A DNA stretch of 64,000 nucleotides, from NCBI RefSeq assembly GCF_009914755.1, contig NC_060947.1. One strand, written 5' to 3'. The translations under genes were made by a program, and so were the position numbers. How positions within the stretch are numbered: the stretch's first letter is position 1; each line of letters opens with the position of its first letter. The stretch comes from the human T2T-CHM13v2.0 reference genome, Homo sapiens. A model generated the notes under the pieces. The model saw only the letters and a list, made by a program, of their open reading frames with translations, had not been told where the DNA came from and did not search any database. This document shows positions 28,220-41,598 of this stretch, one piece after another.

Positions 28220-28590
28220 GGAACTGTGAGTCAGTTAAACCTCTCCTCTTTTCTTCATACATTACTCAGTCTCGGGTAGTTCTTTATAGCAGTGTGAAAC
28301 AAATTAATACAGAAAACTTCTCACAGCAAGCATGACTAGGAGGGCTCAGGAATCTTATAGTCATGGCAGAAGGCGAAAGGGAAGCAAGCACCTTCTTCTC
28401 ATGGTGGCAAGAAAGAGAGAGAGTGGAGCGTGAAGTGCCACACACTTTTGAATCATCAGATGTCATAAGAACTCACTCACTGTCAGGAGAGCAGCAAGGG
28501 GGAAATCAACCCCCAATCCAGTCACCTCCCACCAGGCCCCTCCTCCAGTTGGACATGAGATTTTGGCAGGGACACAAATCCACAGCTCAT
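28220..28590. mobile_element. MSTA-like LTR with internal inversion (28220-28311 on +, ~28322-28590 on -)
   Basis: GGAACTGTGAGTCAGTTAAACC...AATTAATACA is the LTR 3' end in sense; AAGCATGACTAGGAGGGCTCAGG...GGGACACAAATCCA is the LTR body in antisense. Confidence 0.8.
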
Positions 28591-29070
28591 CGTTTTCTTT
28601 CCTTTGTATTAACGGCTTTATGGAAACAAAAAAGACAAAGATTAGCTGTGGCTAGCAGCTCCCACACCCAGGACATGAGTTATGAGTACTGCCAAGTTTT
28701 CTGTCCACTCCCCTGGTCACAAGAGAGTGGAAACACTAAACTACCCAAGCAGGCAACCAGTGTTCTGCAATAAAGAATGATCAGCATGCTGGAATTGCCC
28801 AATATTTGAGGGAAACACAGCATCCCGTAAAAGTGCATCTATCACTTGTAAAGCCTGAGTTACAATAAACAGAAGATTACAGAAAACAGACAGAGGATGT
28901 AGACTCTCATTCCCCAAGGGTAACTGATAGAAGAAAAATTCCCACTCAATAGAAATGCACAGAGAACAGAGGCAAAAAATTATTACAGATACAGAAAACA
29001 GTATTTGATTAGAACTCAATTTTTTAGGTCAAGGCATAGATACTTATGCAGAGAATAAATTTCTCATCCA

Positions 29071-29369
29071 TTTTTTTTCTTTTCTCAGATGGAGTCTCGC
29101 TCTGCTGCCCAGGCTGGAGTGCAGTGGCGCAATCTCGGCTCACTGAAACCTCCACCTCTGGGGTTCGAGTGATTCTCCTGCCTCAGCCTCCTGAGTAGCT
29201 GGGATTACAGGTGCCTGCCACCTCACCTGGCTAATTCTTTTGTATTTTTAGTAGAGAAAGGATTTCGCCGTGCTGGCCAGGCTGGTGTCAAACTCCTAAC
29301 CTCAAGTGATCCACTCACCTCGGCCTCCCAAAGTGCTGGGATTACAGGCGTAAGCCACTACAACTGGCC
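29071..29369 (-). mobile_element. Full-length Alu (AluS-like) with TSD
   Basis: TSD AAATTTCTCATCCATTTT / AAATTTCTCATCAATTTT. Confidence 0.95.
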
Positions 29370-29382
29370 AAATTTCTCATCA

Positions 29383-29598
<216 letters not shown>

Positions 29599-29714
29599 TT
29601 AGTCTTGAAAGGTATATGCATGAAAATAATAAAATCTCTTACAAACTGAACCACAAATACTGAATTTTCTGGGAATATTTTGTGCATGGTTAATCAATGT
29701 TGAAGAAACCATGT

Positions 29715-30135
29715 GTTCACGTAGCTGCAAATATCAGAAAAATCTCAAGAATAACTTGATAGGGATGTATGTTTTCTCATATACCAAGTAGCCCAAACTA
29801 AGGAGCTCAGTGCAGACACAGACGCTTAAACTTGCCCATTGCCAGGTTCGTGCTCTTTGTAGCCCTTTATCCTGCCATCCTTAGACTACTGGATTTTGTC
29901 TTTATACTGACTGCTTAATGCCTACAAAGTGGCTGCTCTGTCTTCAGGTGTCATGACCATATTCCAGGCAGAAAAGAAGGAGAAGGGGACAAAAATAAAT
30001 ATAGTTATGCTATTGCCTTTATGAACCACCGAGTTGCCAATAGGCCAAAGAAATGGGCTTTTTAGCTTTTCTAGCCTCTATGATGGGGGCAGCTAAGAAA
30101 GAATAGGGATTGAGAGGAATTCATCTGGTCAGCCT
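29715..30135. mobile_element. Very old MaLR/ERVL LTR remnant
   Basis: AAAGTGGCTGCTCTGTCTTCAGGTGTCATGACCATATTCCAGGCAGAAAAGAAGG resembles MLT1J-L/LTR33. Confidence 0.4.
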
Positions 30136-30319
30136 CAAAGGAATAATGTCAATTCAGCATCATCCTCTTTAACATTACAAGAATTAGCTGATTTTAAAAA
30201 ATTCAGTTTCTTCTGGGTTATATTATAATTTTTGCCCGATGCAAAGTGACTCACTTTTAAGTGTTACTACTACTGAGAGTGAATTGAATCCATAAATAAG
30301 ACTTTTATAAAAACAACAA

Positions 30320-31195
30320 CCTTATTAAGACAATCCGCAAGAAATTAAAATTCTCCCTTATAAAATGTACAGTTTAGCATTTTTTGTATATCCCCTTTGC
30401 TGTGCAACCACCAACATTATTTAATCACCTAATATTTTCATTACTCCAAAGGATACCCCATACCTAATAGGTCCCTATTTCTCCTTCCTCTCAGTCTCTG
30501 GAAATCAGTAGTATACTTTCTGGCTTAATAGGTTTGCATAGTTTACAGATTTTGAATTAATAGAATCATACAATATGTGGCCTTTTGTGTCTGACTTTTT
30601 CATGGAACACAATTTTTCAAAGTCCATCCATATTTTAGCATGAATCAATTTGTCATCCCTTTTGCTTATTGAATAATGCTTTATTATGCAGTGTGGAATA
30701 TGGATACATCATATTTTATTTATCTCTGCATCAGTTGGTTGACATATGCTTTGTTTTCTCTTTCTAGCTCTTATGAATACTGCTGCTTGAACATTTACAT
30801 AGGTGTTTTTATGTGGACATACATTTTCATTCTCTTGTGTCCGTATCTGGGAGAGGAATGGATGGGGTCATGGGTAACTCCATGTCTAACATTTGGAGGA
30901 AGGGACAAAGTGCTTTTTAAAGCGGCTGCCCCAGGTTAAGTTCTTACCAGCGGTGTATCAGGATTTCAATTTCTGCACATCCGTGTCAACACTTGTTAAG
31001 GACCATCTATTCAATTTTAGCCACGCTGTGTGTAAAGTGTGACCTCCTTATGGTTTGGATTTGCTTTTCCCTAATGACTAATGATGCTTCCATGTGTTGA
31101 GTGGCTATTTTTATATCTTCTTTGGAGAAATGTCTATTTAAACACTTTGCTTATTTTTTTAATAGAGCTATTTGTCTTTTTCTTGCTGATTGCAT
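30320..31195 (-). mobile_element. L1MB-like 3' end
   Basis: GAATCATACAATATGTGGCCTTTTGTGTCTGAC...TTTGGATTTGCTTTTCCCTAATGACTAATGATG...TCTTCTTTGGAGAAATGTCTATT. Confidence 0.8.
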
Positions 31196-32594
31196 ATTCT
31201 TTTAAAGTTTCTTTGGAGGAAGTACTTACTAGCTTGAGCAGATGCAGAAAAATAACTCGATGGGTATAAATTAAATATGAATACCTGAAAGATGCTTGTA
31301 AACTACACCTGCATCTCCCTTCCCAGCCAGGATGAATTCTTTTGTAACATCAATTAACTTTTCCTTCTGCTTTATTATGTTTATATTCTGCATTTCTATA
31401 TTGTGTGTTAGAAATGTTAAATGTCATTCAAAAGTTATTTTAATTAACAAGAAGTGGCAATAATGTGTCTTTTGTCTTTTCTTCATAGGGATGAGAAAAT
31501 GGAAGGGTTATCCTTGTTTCTGCCACATAAAAATTCCCAGAACTTTACACATGCCAAGTTTGTAAATGAAATCTAGCTTTACTCCTGTATGCTGAAATTT
31601 AAGACCAACTTTCCTCATTCCACCTTCTGTAGTAAGCTGAAAGAAACTGCCCTCCTCCACTTCCTTAACATCTTATTTTTGTGCTAAACGCTAGGATGAC
31701 ATTTGTGATAGCTGCAGAGAGAGCCCACTGAAATATAAATGAGAACAGGGTCTCTTTTGCTATTTAATGGATAAGACCAAGCTTAGCGTACTCACCATAA
31801 TTCAGTTCTATATTATTCTCATGTAGTTGGTTGATTTGAGCTTGTTATTGCAGTAATGAACAAGAGACGTAGAACATCAAAGGAAGAAAGGAGAACATTT
31901 AATGTTTTATTTAGTGCTATCCCCGACCTGAGTAGGTTTTGATTAGGGAAGCAAAATTACTGTTTGCATAAGTTGGTTCCAGAATTTATTTATAGCCCTA
32001 TCAATGGATGACACCTCTTGTTGATTGAAAAGACCTAATTAATGGTAATTTTTATTAGAGGAAGATTGTGAATTATTGATTTATATTCCAGGGTAGCTTC
32101 TTCCTGACAATAATAGCAGCTATATCAACCAAGCCCCTTCTAATGCGTTCCCATATATGACTCAATTGCTCACCCACAAGATGCACATCCAGTGGTAGGG
32201 ACCCTATTATTTTTTTCCAGCATCAAAACTATGCTGACGCATCCCTCAATTTGTCAAGAGCAACAGAAACAGGCACCCCAGGAAAGGGCAGGAAAGTCTC
32301 TCCTGCCTACCAGAATGCAACAAGGCTGCATTTGGAGACAAGGGGACCTTGAAGTTAGCGTTTGGCATATGCAGGTGGTCTGCACAGTGAGCCAAATAGG
32401 ACAGAAACGAAAAAAGAAATGCAAGAGACTCAGATGTTGCAGCCAAATTATGGGACATAGTTTTGATCCTTGAAACCTATTCCCTAATTCTTATTTACTA
32501 TCTTCAGTGATTAAGTGCTTGACTTTATTCATCCAAACCCATTTTTGTAGCCACCCTCCCAGCTGAACCCGAGATTCTATCTGTTCCCCTGCAA

Positions 32595-32810
32595 CCTAGT
32601 TGTTCTCTAGGACCACATCAGGAATTTGTGACCTAAGGCAATACATTTATTATCTCATGGTTTCTGTGGATTGGGAGTCTAGGCATGGTTTAGCTGGGTC
32701 ATCTGCCTCAGGGTCTCTCAGAAGGCTGCCCTCAAGATAAGACCCACAGCTGAAGTCTCACCTGAAGACAGGGAACAATCCCCTTGCAAACTCATTTGGG
32801 AGCTTCAGTT
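32595..32810 (-). mobile_element. MLT1-type LTR fragment
   Basis: CATTTATTATCTCATGGTTTCTGTGGATTGGGAGTCTAGGCATGGTTTAGCTGGGTC. Confidence 0.65.
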
Positions 32811-33262
32811 GATCTCCCCACAGACTGTCTTGTCCTCTCCCCTCACCTTCTTCTCTCTGCATAGCTTTGAGGATCTCTGTTGATATATTCCTCAGGTCAC
32901 TATTCTGCTTAAATCAGTAGTTCCCCAGTGGACTTAAAATAATCCATCAATCTCTCACCAGGATGATAAGGTCATTGACCTGGCTCAGCTTTGCAACTTC
33001 ACCTTTTAAGCTACCATTCCCTCCACATTCCAGTCCATGGAAACATCCTTTGATTCCCATAAAGGTCCTAGCCAACCCTAATAGGTCCTCTTCTATCTAA
33101 ACATTTCCTTCCCCCCTGCAATGTGGGTTTCTTCTCAGCCTTTAGGATTCAGCTCCAAGGTCACTTTTTCCTGGACAATCTCTTTTCAAGTTTGCATTAC
33201 CAAACCCTGTGCAATTAAAAGTCCTTACCAGTTTGAAGCTACCTCTTTATTTCCTTTTCTGA

Positions 33263-33577
<315 letters not shown>

Positions 33578-33904
33578 TAACACTGTGTGTGTCCCACAAG
33601 CCTGGAAGGAGCTAGGTATGTAAACATCACTAAATAAACAACCCTTGGTGAGACCAAGTTTAAGAAAACAGACATCTGAACAATCATTTGACGCTTCACA
33701 ATGTCAGTCTCTCAGCTTTAAAATGCGTACCTCTTTAAAGAACTACAAGTGTCAATATATTCCAACTTAGGATACAATTTTTTACTGACATCAAACAATA
33801 AATTTCAAGGTGAAATAGAATTTCAAATGAAATATTTCCAATGAGAAATGTAACAGAGACTACATCAGCATCAGAGCTTTTACTGGACGTGATCTTCTGT
33901 GTGA

Positions 33905-35072
33905 CACAAAACAGACAAACCCATCAAAAAGTGGGCTAAGTACATGAATAGACAATTCTCAAAAGAAGATGTACAAATGGCCAAAAAGCATGAAAACATG
34001 CTCAACACCGCTAATGATCAGGGAAATGCAAATCAAAACCACAATGTGATACCACCTTACTCTTGCAGAAATGGCCGTAATAAAAAATTATAATAATAAT
34101 AGATGTTGTCATGAATGTGTTGAAAAGGGCACAGTTTTACACTGTTGGTTGGAATGTAATCTAGAACAATCCCTATGGAAAACAGTGTGGAGATTCCTTT
34201 AAGAGCTAAAAGTAGATTTACCATTTGATCTAGCAACCCCATTCCTGGGTATCTACTCAGAGGAAAAGAAGTCATTATATGAAAAAGATACTTGCACATG
34301 CATGTTTATAGCAGCACAATTTGCAATTCCAAAAATATGGAACCAGCCCAAATGCCCATCAATCAACCAGTGGATAAAGAAAGTGTGATATATATATGTA
34401 CCATGAAATACTACTCAGCCATAAAGAGGAACAAAATAATGAAATAATGGCATTTGCAGCAACTTGGATAAAACTGAAGACCATTACTGTAAGTGAAGTA
34501 ACTCAAGAATGGAAAACCAAACATCCTATGTTCTCACTCATAAGTGATAGGAACAATACAGCGGGCTGCGCTGGTGGCTCATGTCTGTAATCCCAGCACT
34601 TTGGGAGGCTAAGGTGAGTGGATCACTTGAGGTCAGGAGTTTGAAAGCAGCCTGGCCCACCTTGGTGAAACCCCGACTCTATTAAAAACACAAACATTAG
34701 CCAGGCTTGGTGGCATGCATCTGTAGTCTCAGCTACTCGGGAGACGGAGGCAAGAGGATCACTTAAACCTGGGAGGTGGAGGTTGCAATGAGCCAAGATC
34801 TTGTCACCGTATTCCAGCCTGGGCGACAGAGTGAGAATCTTTCTCAAAAAAAAAAAAAAAAAAAAAAAAATGGACTTTTGAGACTCAAGGGAACGGGTGG
34901 GAGGTGGGTGGTGAGGGAAAAAAGACTACACATTAGGTAGAGTGTACACTGCTCGGGTGATGGGTGCCCCAAAATCTCAGAAATCACCACTAAAGAACTT
35001 AATTGTGCAACCAAACACCACCTGTTCCCCAAAACCCTATTGAAATTTGAAAAACAAAATAAAATAAAATAC
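33905..35072 (+). mobile_element. L1PB-like 3' end (ORF2 C-terminus plus 3'UTR) interrupted by an Alu
   Basis: CCCATCAAAAAGTGGGCTAAG...GGGAAATGCAAATCAAAACCACAATG...GTACACTGCTCGGGTGATGGGTGC...AAATCACCACTAAAGAAC, A-rich tail. Confidence 0.9.
34564..34870 (+). mobile_element. Full-length Alu nested in the L1PB 3'UTR
   Basis: Alu consensus with long poly(A); L1 resumes at ATGGACTTTTGAGACTC. Confidence 0.93.
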
Positions 35073-36774
35073 ATTCTCTGTAAAAAAACAAACAAGCAAA
35101 ACCAGACATGTTCCAATTCAGGGTCTCCCATGCTATAAAGAGCTGAAGTTGAGAATAATATATTTGCGTATGCCTCTTCCCATCATTTTGAAATGACTAT
35201 CATGTTTTCCTAGAACCGAGTTTACGAGCGCTAAATATAATCATCCTCCGATCAGTGTACAACATAGTGGAAATTGCTCTAGTTTGAGATGCTGAAATTT
35301 TCCAATGAAATATTTTGGAATTCCTCCTCCCCATTCCTCCCAGAGGACCTACTATGAATCCAAGGTTATTAATAAAATATATATTCATAAAATGGTGTCA
35401 AAGTTCTATTTCCCTGCTGATTGACAGTAAAATCCAGGTTGCGTTGGCGCTTCTGTCTCCTCTGGGAAGTGGAATGGAAAGAACTGTTCATGGAGCTGGA
35501 AGGAATTCTACAAAACCATAGACTCTTCCTCTTGAAAGTAAGTTCACCTGTCAAGCAGCTCTACTCGCACACGCATGACGGTGAAAAGTGCCTTAATTGG
35601 GTTTTCAAGAAGATAGATGGGAAGTCATGCCACTTGGGTTGTCACTTCTTATTTCAACACACTCCCTACTCACACCCTCCATTATCCATTCAGCCTTCCC
35701 CATTTCCACCTGAAATTCTTGCTGCCTCTCCTGACGCAGAGCGGATAGCACCACCTACTGGGACACTCGCGTTGCTTCATGGAACGTGGCGGCATTCATT
35801 TTATTTCTGTTATTTTATTTTCTGTTATTTTACTTCTGTTATTTTATTTCTCTGCTGCAATACTTCTTTCCGATTATAATATGAATGGACATGCGGTAGA
35901 TAAATAGAGATAGTTAAATCTATTTATAGTATTCATATCATGTATATGATATTCTTTTTTAAATTTTAATTTTAAGTTCTGGGGTACGTGTATTAATGTT
36001 ATGCTAATCCTAAAGCCCTATGAGGGCAAAGCGGAAGAAAGTAAGTCATTTATTCATGATTCAACAGCTGGTAAGGGTGGGACCTTGGAATTCACATCAG
36101 GCTGGCTTCAGATGTGAAGCTTTTTCACCTATCACAAAATGTTGTCTCCTAATGAGGGAATCATTGTGTACTTTGCTTATATTGACACACTTTTAAAAGG
36201 CTCCTAATAAACTTCATATAAAGCATCTTTAATGGCTTAGGAAAACATACTCCACGTGTGTATAATAGGTTAGACTATAGTGAATATATATTAAAGCTTC
36301 CTACTGATCAAGAAAATTGGGAAAAAATCCAGTAAGTGTGTTCCATAAAACTCTTGGAAAATTGTATGTTCTATTGTCTATTGTAGATACGTCAGGGACT
36401 ACTCATTAACACATTGATTTTGGTTTACTTATGGCAGAAAAAATTTCTATTATAGAGTCAGATTTTAGTACAATTAATCTTAGCAGCATATTCAGTTTGT
36501 GTCACTGGCGAGATTATGTTACCTATACATACACGCATATATGCATGTGTATGTGTCTGTGTGTGTGACGCATATACTATATATTTACAGTATTTATTTT
36601 ACACAAACACATCCCTAGCCATACATGATAGACTCCTGCAAGTGTGCATGTGTGCATAAAATCTTAGGCAATAAAAATAATATCTAAAGTAGAAAGTGGA
36701 AGTTGTTCATTGGGTTTTTTTGAAGAGACAATATAGATGTAAGTGTAACTGGATTGTGGCCAATTGACCATGAT

Positions 36775-37000
36775 ACTATATATATATATATATATATAGT
36801 ATATTTAGATACTGTATATATAGAGTATATGTAGTATATTTAGACACTATATATAAAGTGTATATAGTATATTTAGATACTGTATATAGTGTATATATTT
36901 ATATAGGATATATATTTATATAGTATATATATTTATATAGTATATATATTGTATATAGTATATATGCTTTTACTATACATATAGTATATATATTTTTTAC
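36775..37000. repeat. (TA)-rich degenerate repeat
   Basis: Direct reading. Confidence 0.9.
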
Positions 37001-37214
37001 ATTCGCAAGTAAGGGCTCTTATGAAGCTGGGAGAATAACATGAACATGAAGGGTTCGCTACATGGGTGTGAACTAATGTCTTTGATAGAGGTAGAATGCC
37101 ATCATTCATGTCACTAGATAGGCCAAAAAGATGCTAATATTAAAAGACTCATCACACATCCCAAGTATCCTCATTTTCCTTATTAGCATAGGCTTACTTT
37201 ACTTTGAAATGAAC

Positions 37215-37765
37215 AACATCAACAGATGAATGGCTAAAGAAAATGTGGTATATCTACACAATGGAATACTATCCCGACTTTCAAAAGAAGGAAAACCTGT
37301 CATTTTCGAGAACATGCATGAACATGCAGGGTGTTATGCTGAGTGAAATAAGCCAGACACAGAAAGACGGACACTGCATGATCTCACTCATATGTGGAGT
37401 CTATGAAAAAGCCCAACTCATGGAAACATAGAGTAGAGTGGTGCTTACCAGGGGCATGGATAAGAGGAACGGGGTGGTATTAATCCAAGGATACAAAATT
37501 TCAGCTAGACAGGAGGGATAAATAATCAGTTTTTGGGGGAGAGATATGCTTATGAGCTTGGATCAATGAGTCCACACTGAACGCATATATCACAACATCA
37601 CTTTGTACCCCATAAATAGATATGAATATTATTTGTCAATATACAATTAAAACATAGGAGAATCTGGGTGCAAGGTATATGGGAACAATCTGTACTACCT
37701 TTGCAACTATTCTGTCAATCTAAAAGTATTCTAAATAAGAAGTTTAATTTTTAAAAGTTAAAAAA
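37215..37765 (+). mobile_element. L1MA-like 3' end (to ~37652) followed by an L1MC/MD-like 3' tail
   Basis: AAAATGTGGTATATCTACACAATGGAATACTA...GAGTGAAATAAGCCAGACACAGAAAGAC; then GGTATATGGGAACAATCTGTACTACCTTTGCAACT. Confidence 0.8.
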
Positions 37766-40700
37766 GGAAAAAGATTGTGCTTCTAATTCCATGAGATTGT
37801 GTTTATCAAAGATCATCCAAGAAATCCCAAGGAAAGTTAAGGTTCATTTTGAAATATTGTTTGTAGCATTTGCAAGAGTCTGTCAGAACAAATATGCAAT
37901 CGTTGTGTTTCAAAAGAAAAGTTCGTATGCTCTAGAGAGCTTCATGTATAATTATTTTTGAGTGTATGTGTGTGTACATACATAGGTACACTGGATATGT
38001 ATGCATATAATATGTATCTATATATTATACGGAATATATGTTTTTTCACACACATATGCACGCAGACACACACACACATGCACATATGATAGGCAGTACA
38101 ACACTAGAATAACATGTTATATGACCTTGTGTTTTACTCGCTATTACACATGAATATATATTAAGGCTTCTTACCGATAAAAACTTGAAGAAATTCCAGT
38201 AACTTTGTGTTCCATAAAACTCTTTGGAAATTGCCATAATGATATATTTCTCAGTGTCATCTCTTCATCTTCCCAGGGAGATTATAAAGACGTTTATCGG
38301 GAAGAGGAAGAAATAGTAGAGAAGTAAGTGCAGAAGGGAGAAAGAAAGAAGAAAGAGGGAAGGACATCTTTCTCTCCACACCAAGCTAGGAAAAAAATGT
38401 AATTCTCAAAATGGATAGAAATATTTTTGTCTATCCACATCACGATGTGGCCTTGATGGTAACTTGGAAATTGACCAAGAAAGTGAATTTTGATGATGAG
38501 TTACCTTGTCTCCAGGCAGAGCCTCCGTTCCCTCATTAAAAAGAAAATGCATAAAATAAAATACCACAAAGTATAGGGTCAGACTGCCAAATGGAGCTGA
38601 GTTACAAACTTCTTGACTCAATGATGAGGGAAGAACAAAATCAGTCTCTTCATCAGGTATGTCAGCGGAGTGCCTGACTGGCTTTTAAATTTTTAATTTC
38701 TATTTTGGGGGAATAATTATGGGGATGAAACTTTAGTGGTTTTTCTTTCCTTCCCTCAAGACCACGCACGTCGTGTCTGAGATTCCCACCTCCCCACTAC
38801 CCTGACCTGACCCTTGTTTGGTTTATCTCCTCCTCTTAATTTAGTCCAGTATAATCTTCTACACTGTCTCTGTTCCCTGTTTCCTTACGGTGCATCTGCA
38901 CTCTAGATGTGCATCAGGCAGTTTCTCTCCTCCTACGGGACGGAAACAAGGCATACTCTGCTATTTCTGTTTTATTCCCACAGGCCCTAGTTGTGCGCTT
39001 GCTGTAAAGATGCCAAATGAACAAAGATAATTAATTTTTTTTTTTAAATTCTGCCAACATGTTAAGCAGAGTTCCTAGAAGTCAGCAGCATAGAGTTATG
39101 GCACTTCCTTTCTTCAAATATGACTTAAAAGCAGACTTGAAAATGAATCAGATGACCCTGGATCCTTTGAGATTTTTTATGAGTTGATGACAAATTCTCA
39201 AATCTGCAATTTTGTTTTATGTTTAACTGGACCCCGTGGTGCAAGCTGGCCAAACACTCTCTCTGGTGAGCAGATAAGCATATAGAGATTGGGGGTCTCC
39301 TGTAGGGTAACTTGAGCTTCCGCTGCTAGTGGAGGAGAATAACCCAAGCCAGCTGATTCTGGTCCTTGGCCAGCAGATGTTTTGCTATTATTTAGATGCA
39401 TGCTTTCCAGGAGAATGTAACAAAGCCCTTTAGCACAGTTGCAAGCCTTTCCCTTCCCAGGTTGAGCGTGGATTTATTCCCACTGCTGACAAAGGAAGAC
39501 TTCACTTATTTATTTTTTATTATCAATGTATGCTCTGGTGGTAAAAATATATGACCTCAAATATGCTGCCTTTATTTACAATTCTTCCAGAAAATGCCTT
39601 ATCACTTATTCCTCAGCAGACTCATCTTAGGAAAGACCAGCTGTTAATATCATCATCTGTTCCACCAAGAAACAATGCATTTATGCTTCATGTTTCAGGC
39701 CAGAAAGTAGTTTCCCCAATTAGCTCAATCCTAAGTAAAGGGTCATTGAGGAGTTGTTATGAGGTGCATTTTCTCCCCTTTCCCCGTTGGGCACAGTACA
39801 GATCTCATGGTGTTTGTATTCTCTACAAAATGCGGAGGCTAGCAGCTGGTTTTAGATTCAGATAGTGCATAATACAAACAGGCATTCTGCATAAACATTT
39901 CCAATTTAGAAACTATAATTTCCACTGATCTTTTTGTATTGTTGTCTTTGCAATGGGCTGGCGACAAATAGATAATATTTTTCATTTGCACCTAAGAGGT
40001 GTTTGTTCAGAACTCAAGCCGCATTAAGCTTTCTGTTGGGTGCTTGTCTTTTCAGAGTGCTGCTGACATGTGTTCATTCCAATAAATTAACTGTCCGCTC
40101 CAATCCGAATCAGCTGGTTGAAAGAAGCTACCTTGCTGTTTTTAAACTGGACTTGCTATTAGAAGAAAACAGGTGGGAACTTCCTTGCCTTCATGTCATT
40201 TTGACCCTCCATTGGTCTTAGGGAGCAATCACTAAAACCAACTGCAGAATTGGGTTAATAATGAAGTGTACCAGGTACACCCCCCATGCAACTAACTTCT
40301 CAGGTGATTTTGTTATTGCAGTTAGGAAATAAACATAAGGATGCTTATCCCAAATGGGATGTGTGATAGAATGAAGAAATTGATCTGAAGCCCAGTGGAG
40401 AAAGATGTAGGTGCGATGTTCATGGAATTAGAATATCCAGTGAGACTTGTTTAAAGGAAAACTTGTTTAAAGAAGATTTGTTTAAAGGAAAATGTGCTAC
40501 GTGGACGGACGAGATGGAATAATCCTATTATCCACTTATTTCTAATTTCTCCTCTCATGTGCCTTTCACCAGAGCTAATGGTATTCTTGGTAAAGTGCTT
40601 CAACACCTTGCAGCAACAGGGATAAAATCTAGGGTGAAGAGAAGAGTTGTAAAATCTATGAACATCCAACCAGCTCTTGAGTAATGAATAACTTTTGCGT

Positions 40701-41163
40701 CGATACTGATGGCTTATCCTGGATTTTTGATTGCAAGGAAAAGAGACTCATCAGACAAAGGTTGCTATGCAGACAACGTGCTCCTGTCATGGGGAATTTT
40801 AGGACAACCAGGAATACTCCCTTCCCAGAGAGAACCCTCTTTCTGCATTTCCCTTCCTCTTCCTCTCTGGGGGATACAGTTTCTTCCAGATCATGTTGTC
40901 TTGCCTTTCACTTGATCCTGCTTCTACAGCGCTTCCCAATTTCACATTGTCAAATGTCTCTGCCTTCATCTATACTTGAAACACGCCCAGTCTGATTTCC
41001 CTTTTTATTTTTATTGTGGGAAGCTGCCATTGATCTATATTACTATCATCATAATAATAATCACCATCATTACTTCTACTGTCATTATTATTTTGTAAGA
41101 AAAACATTGAGTTTTTCTTGAATAGCCCACAGACTATATCAATGTAGAAGAGAATGAGAAAAA

Positions 41164-41598
<435 letters not shown>

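Noticed and set aside
35800-35852. Short tandem units (TTCTGTTATTTTA)x3, and duplications at 13955-13990 and 41504-41535, as CRISPR-like arrays
   Set aside because: No unique spacers; ordinary slippage duplications in a mammalian genome.
35421-35879. 152-aa plus-strand ORF
   Set aside because: Non-ATG start, no domain resemblance, ends in a simple repeat.
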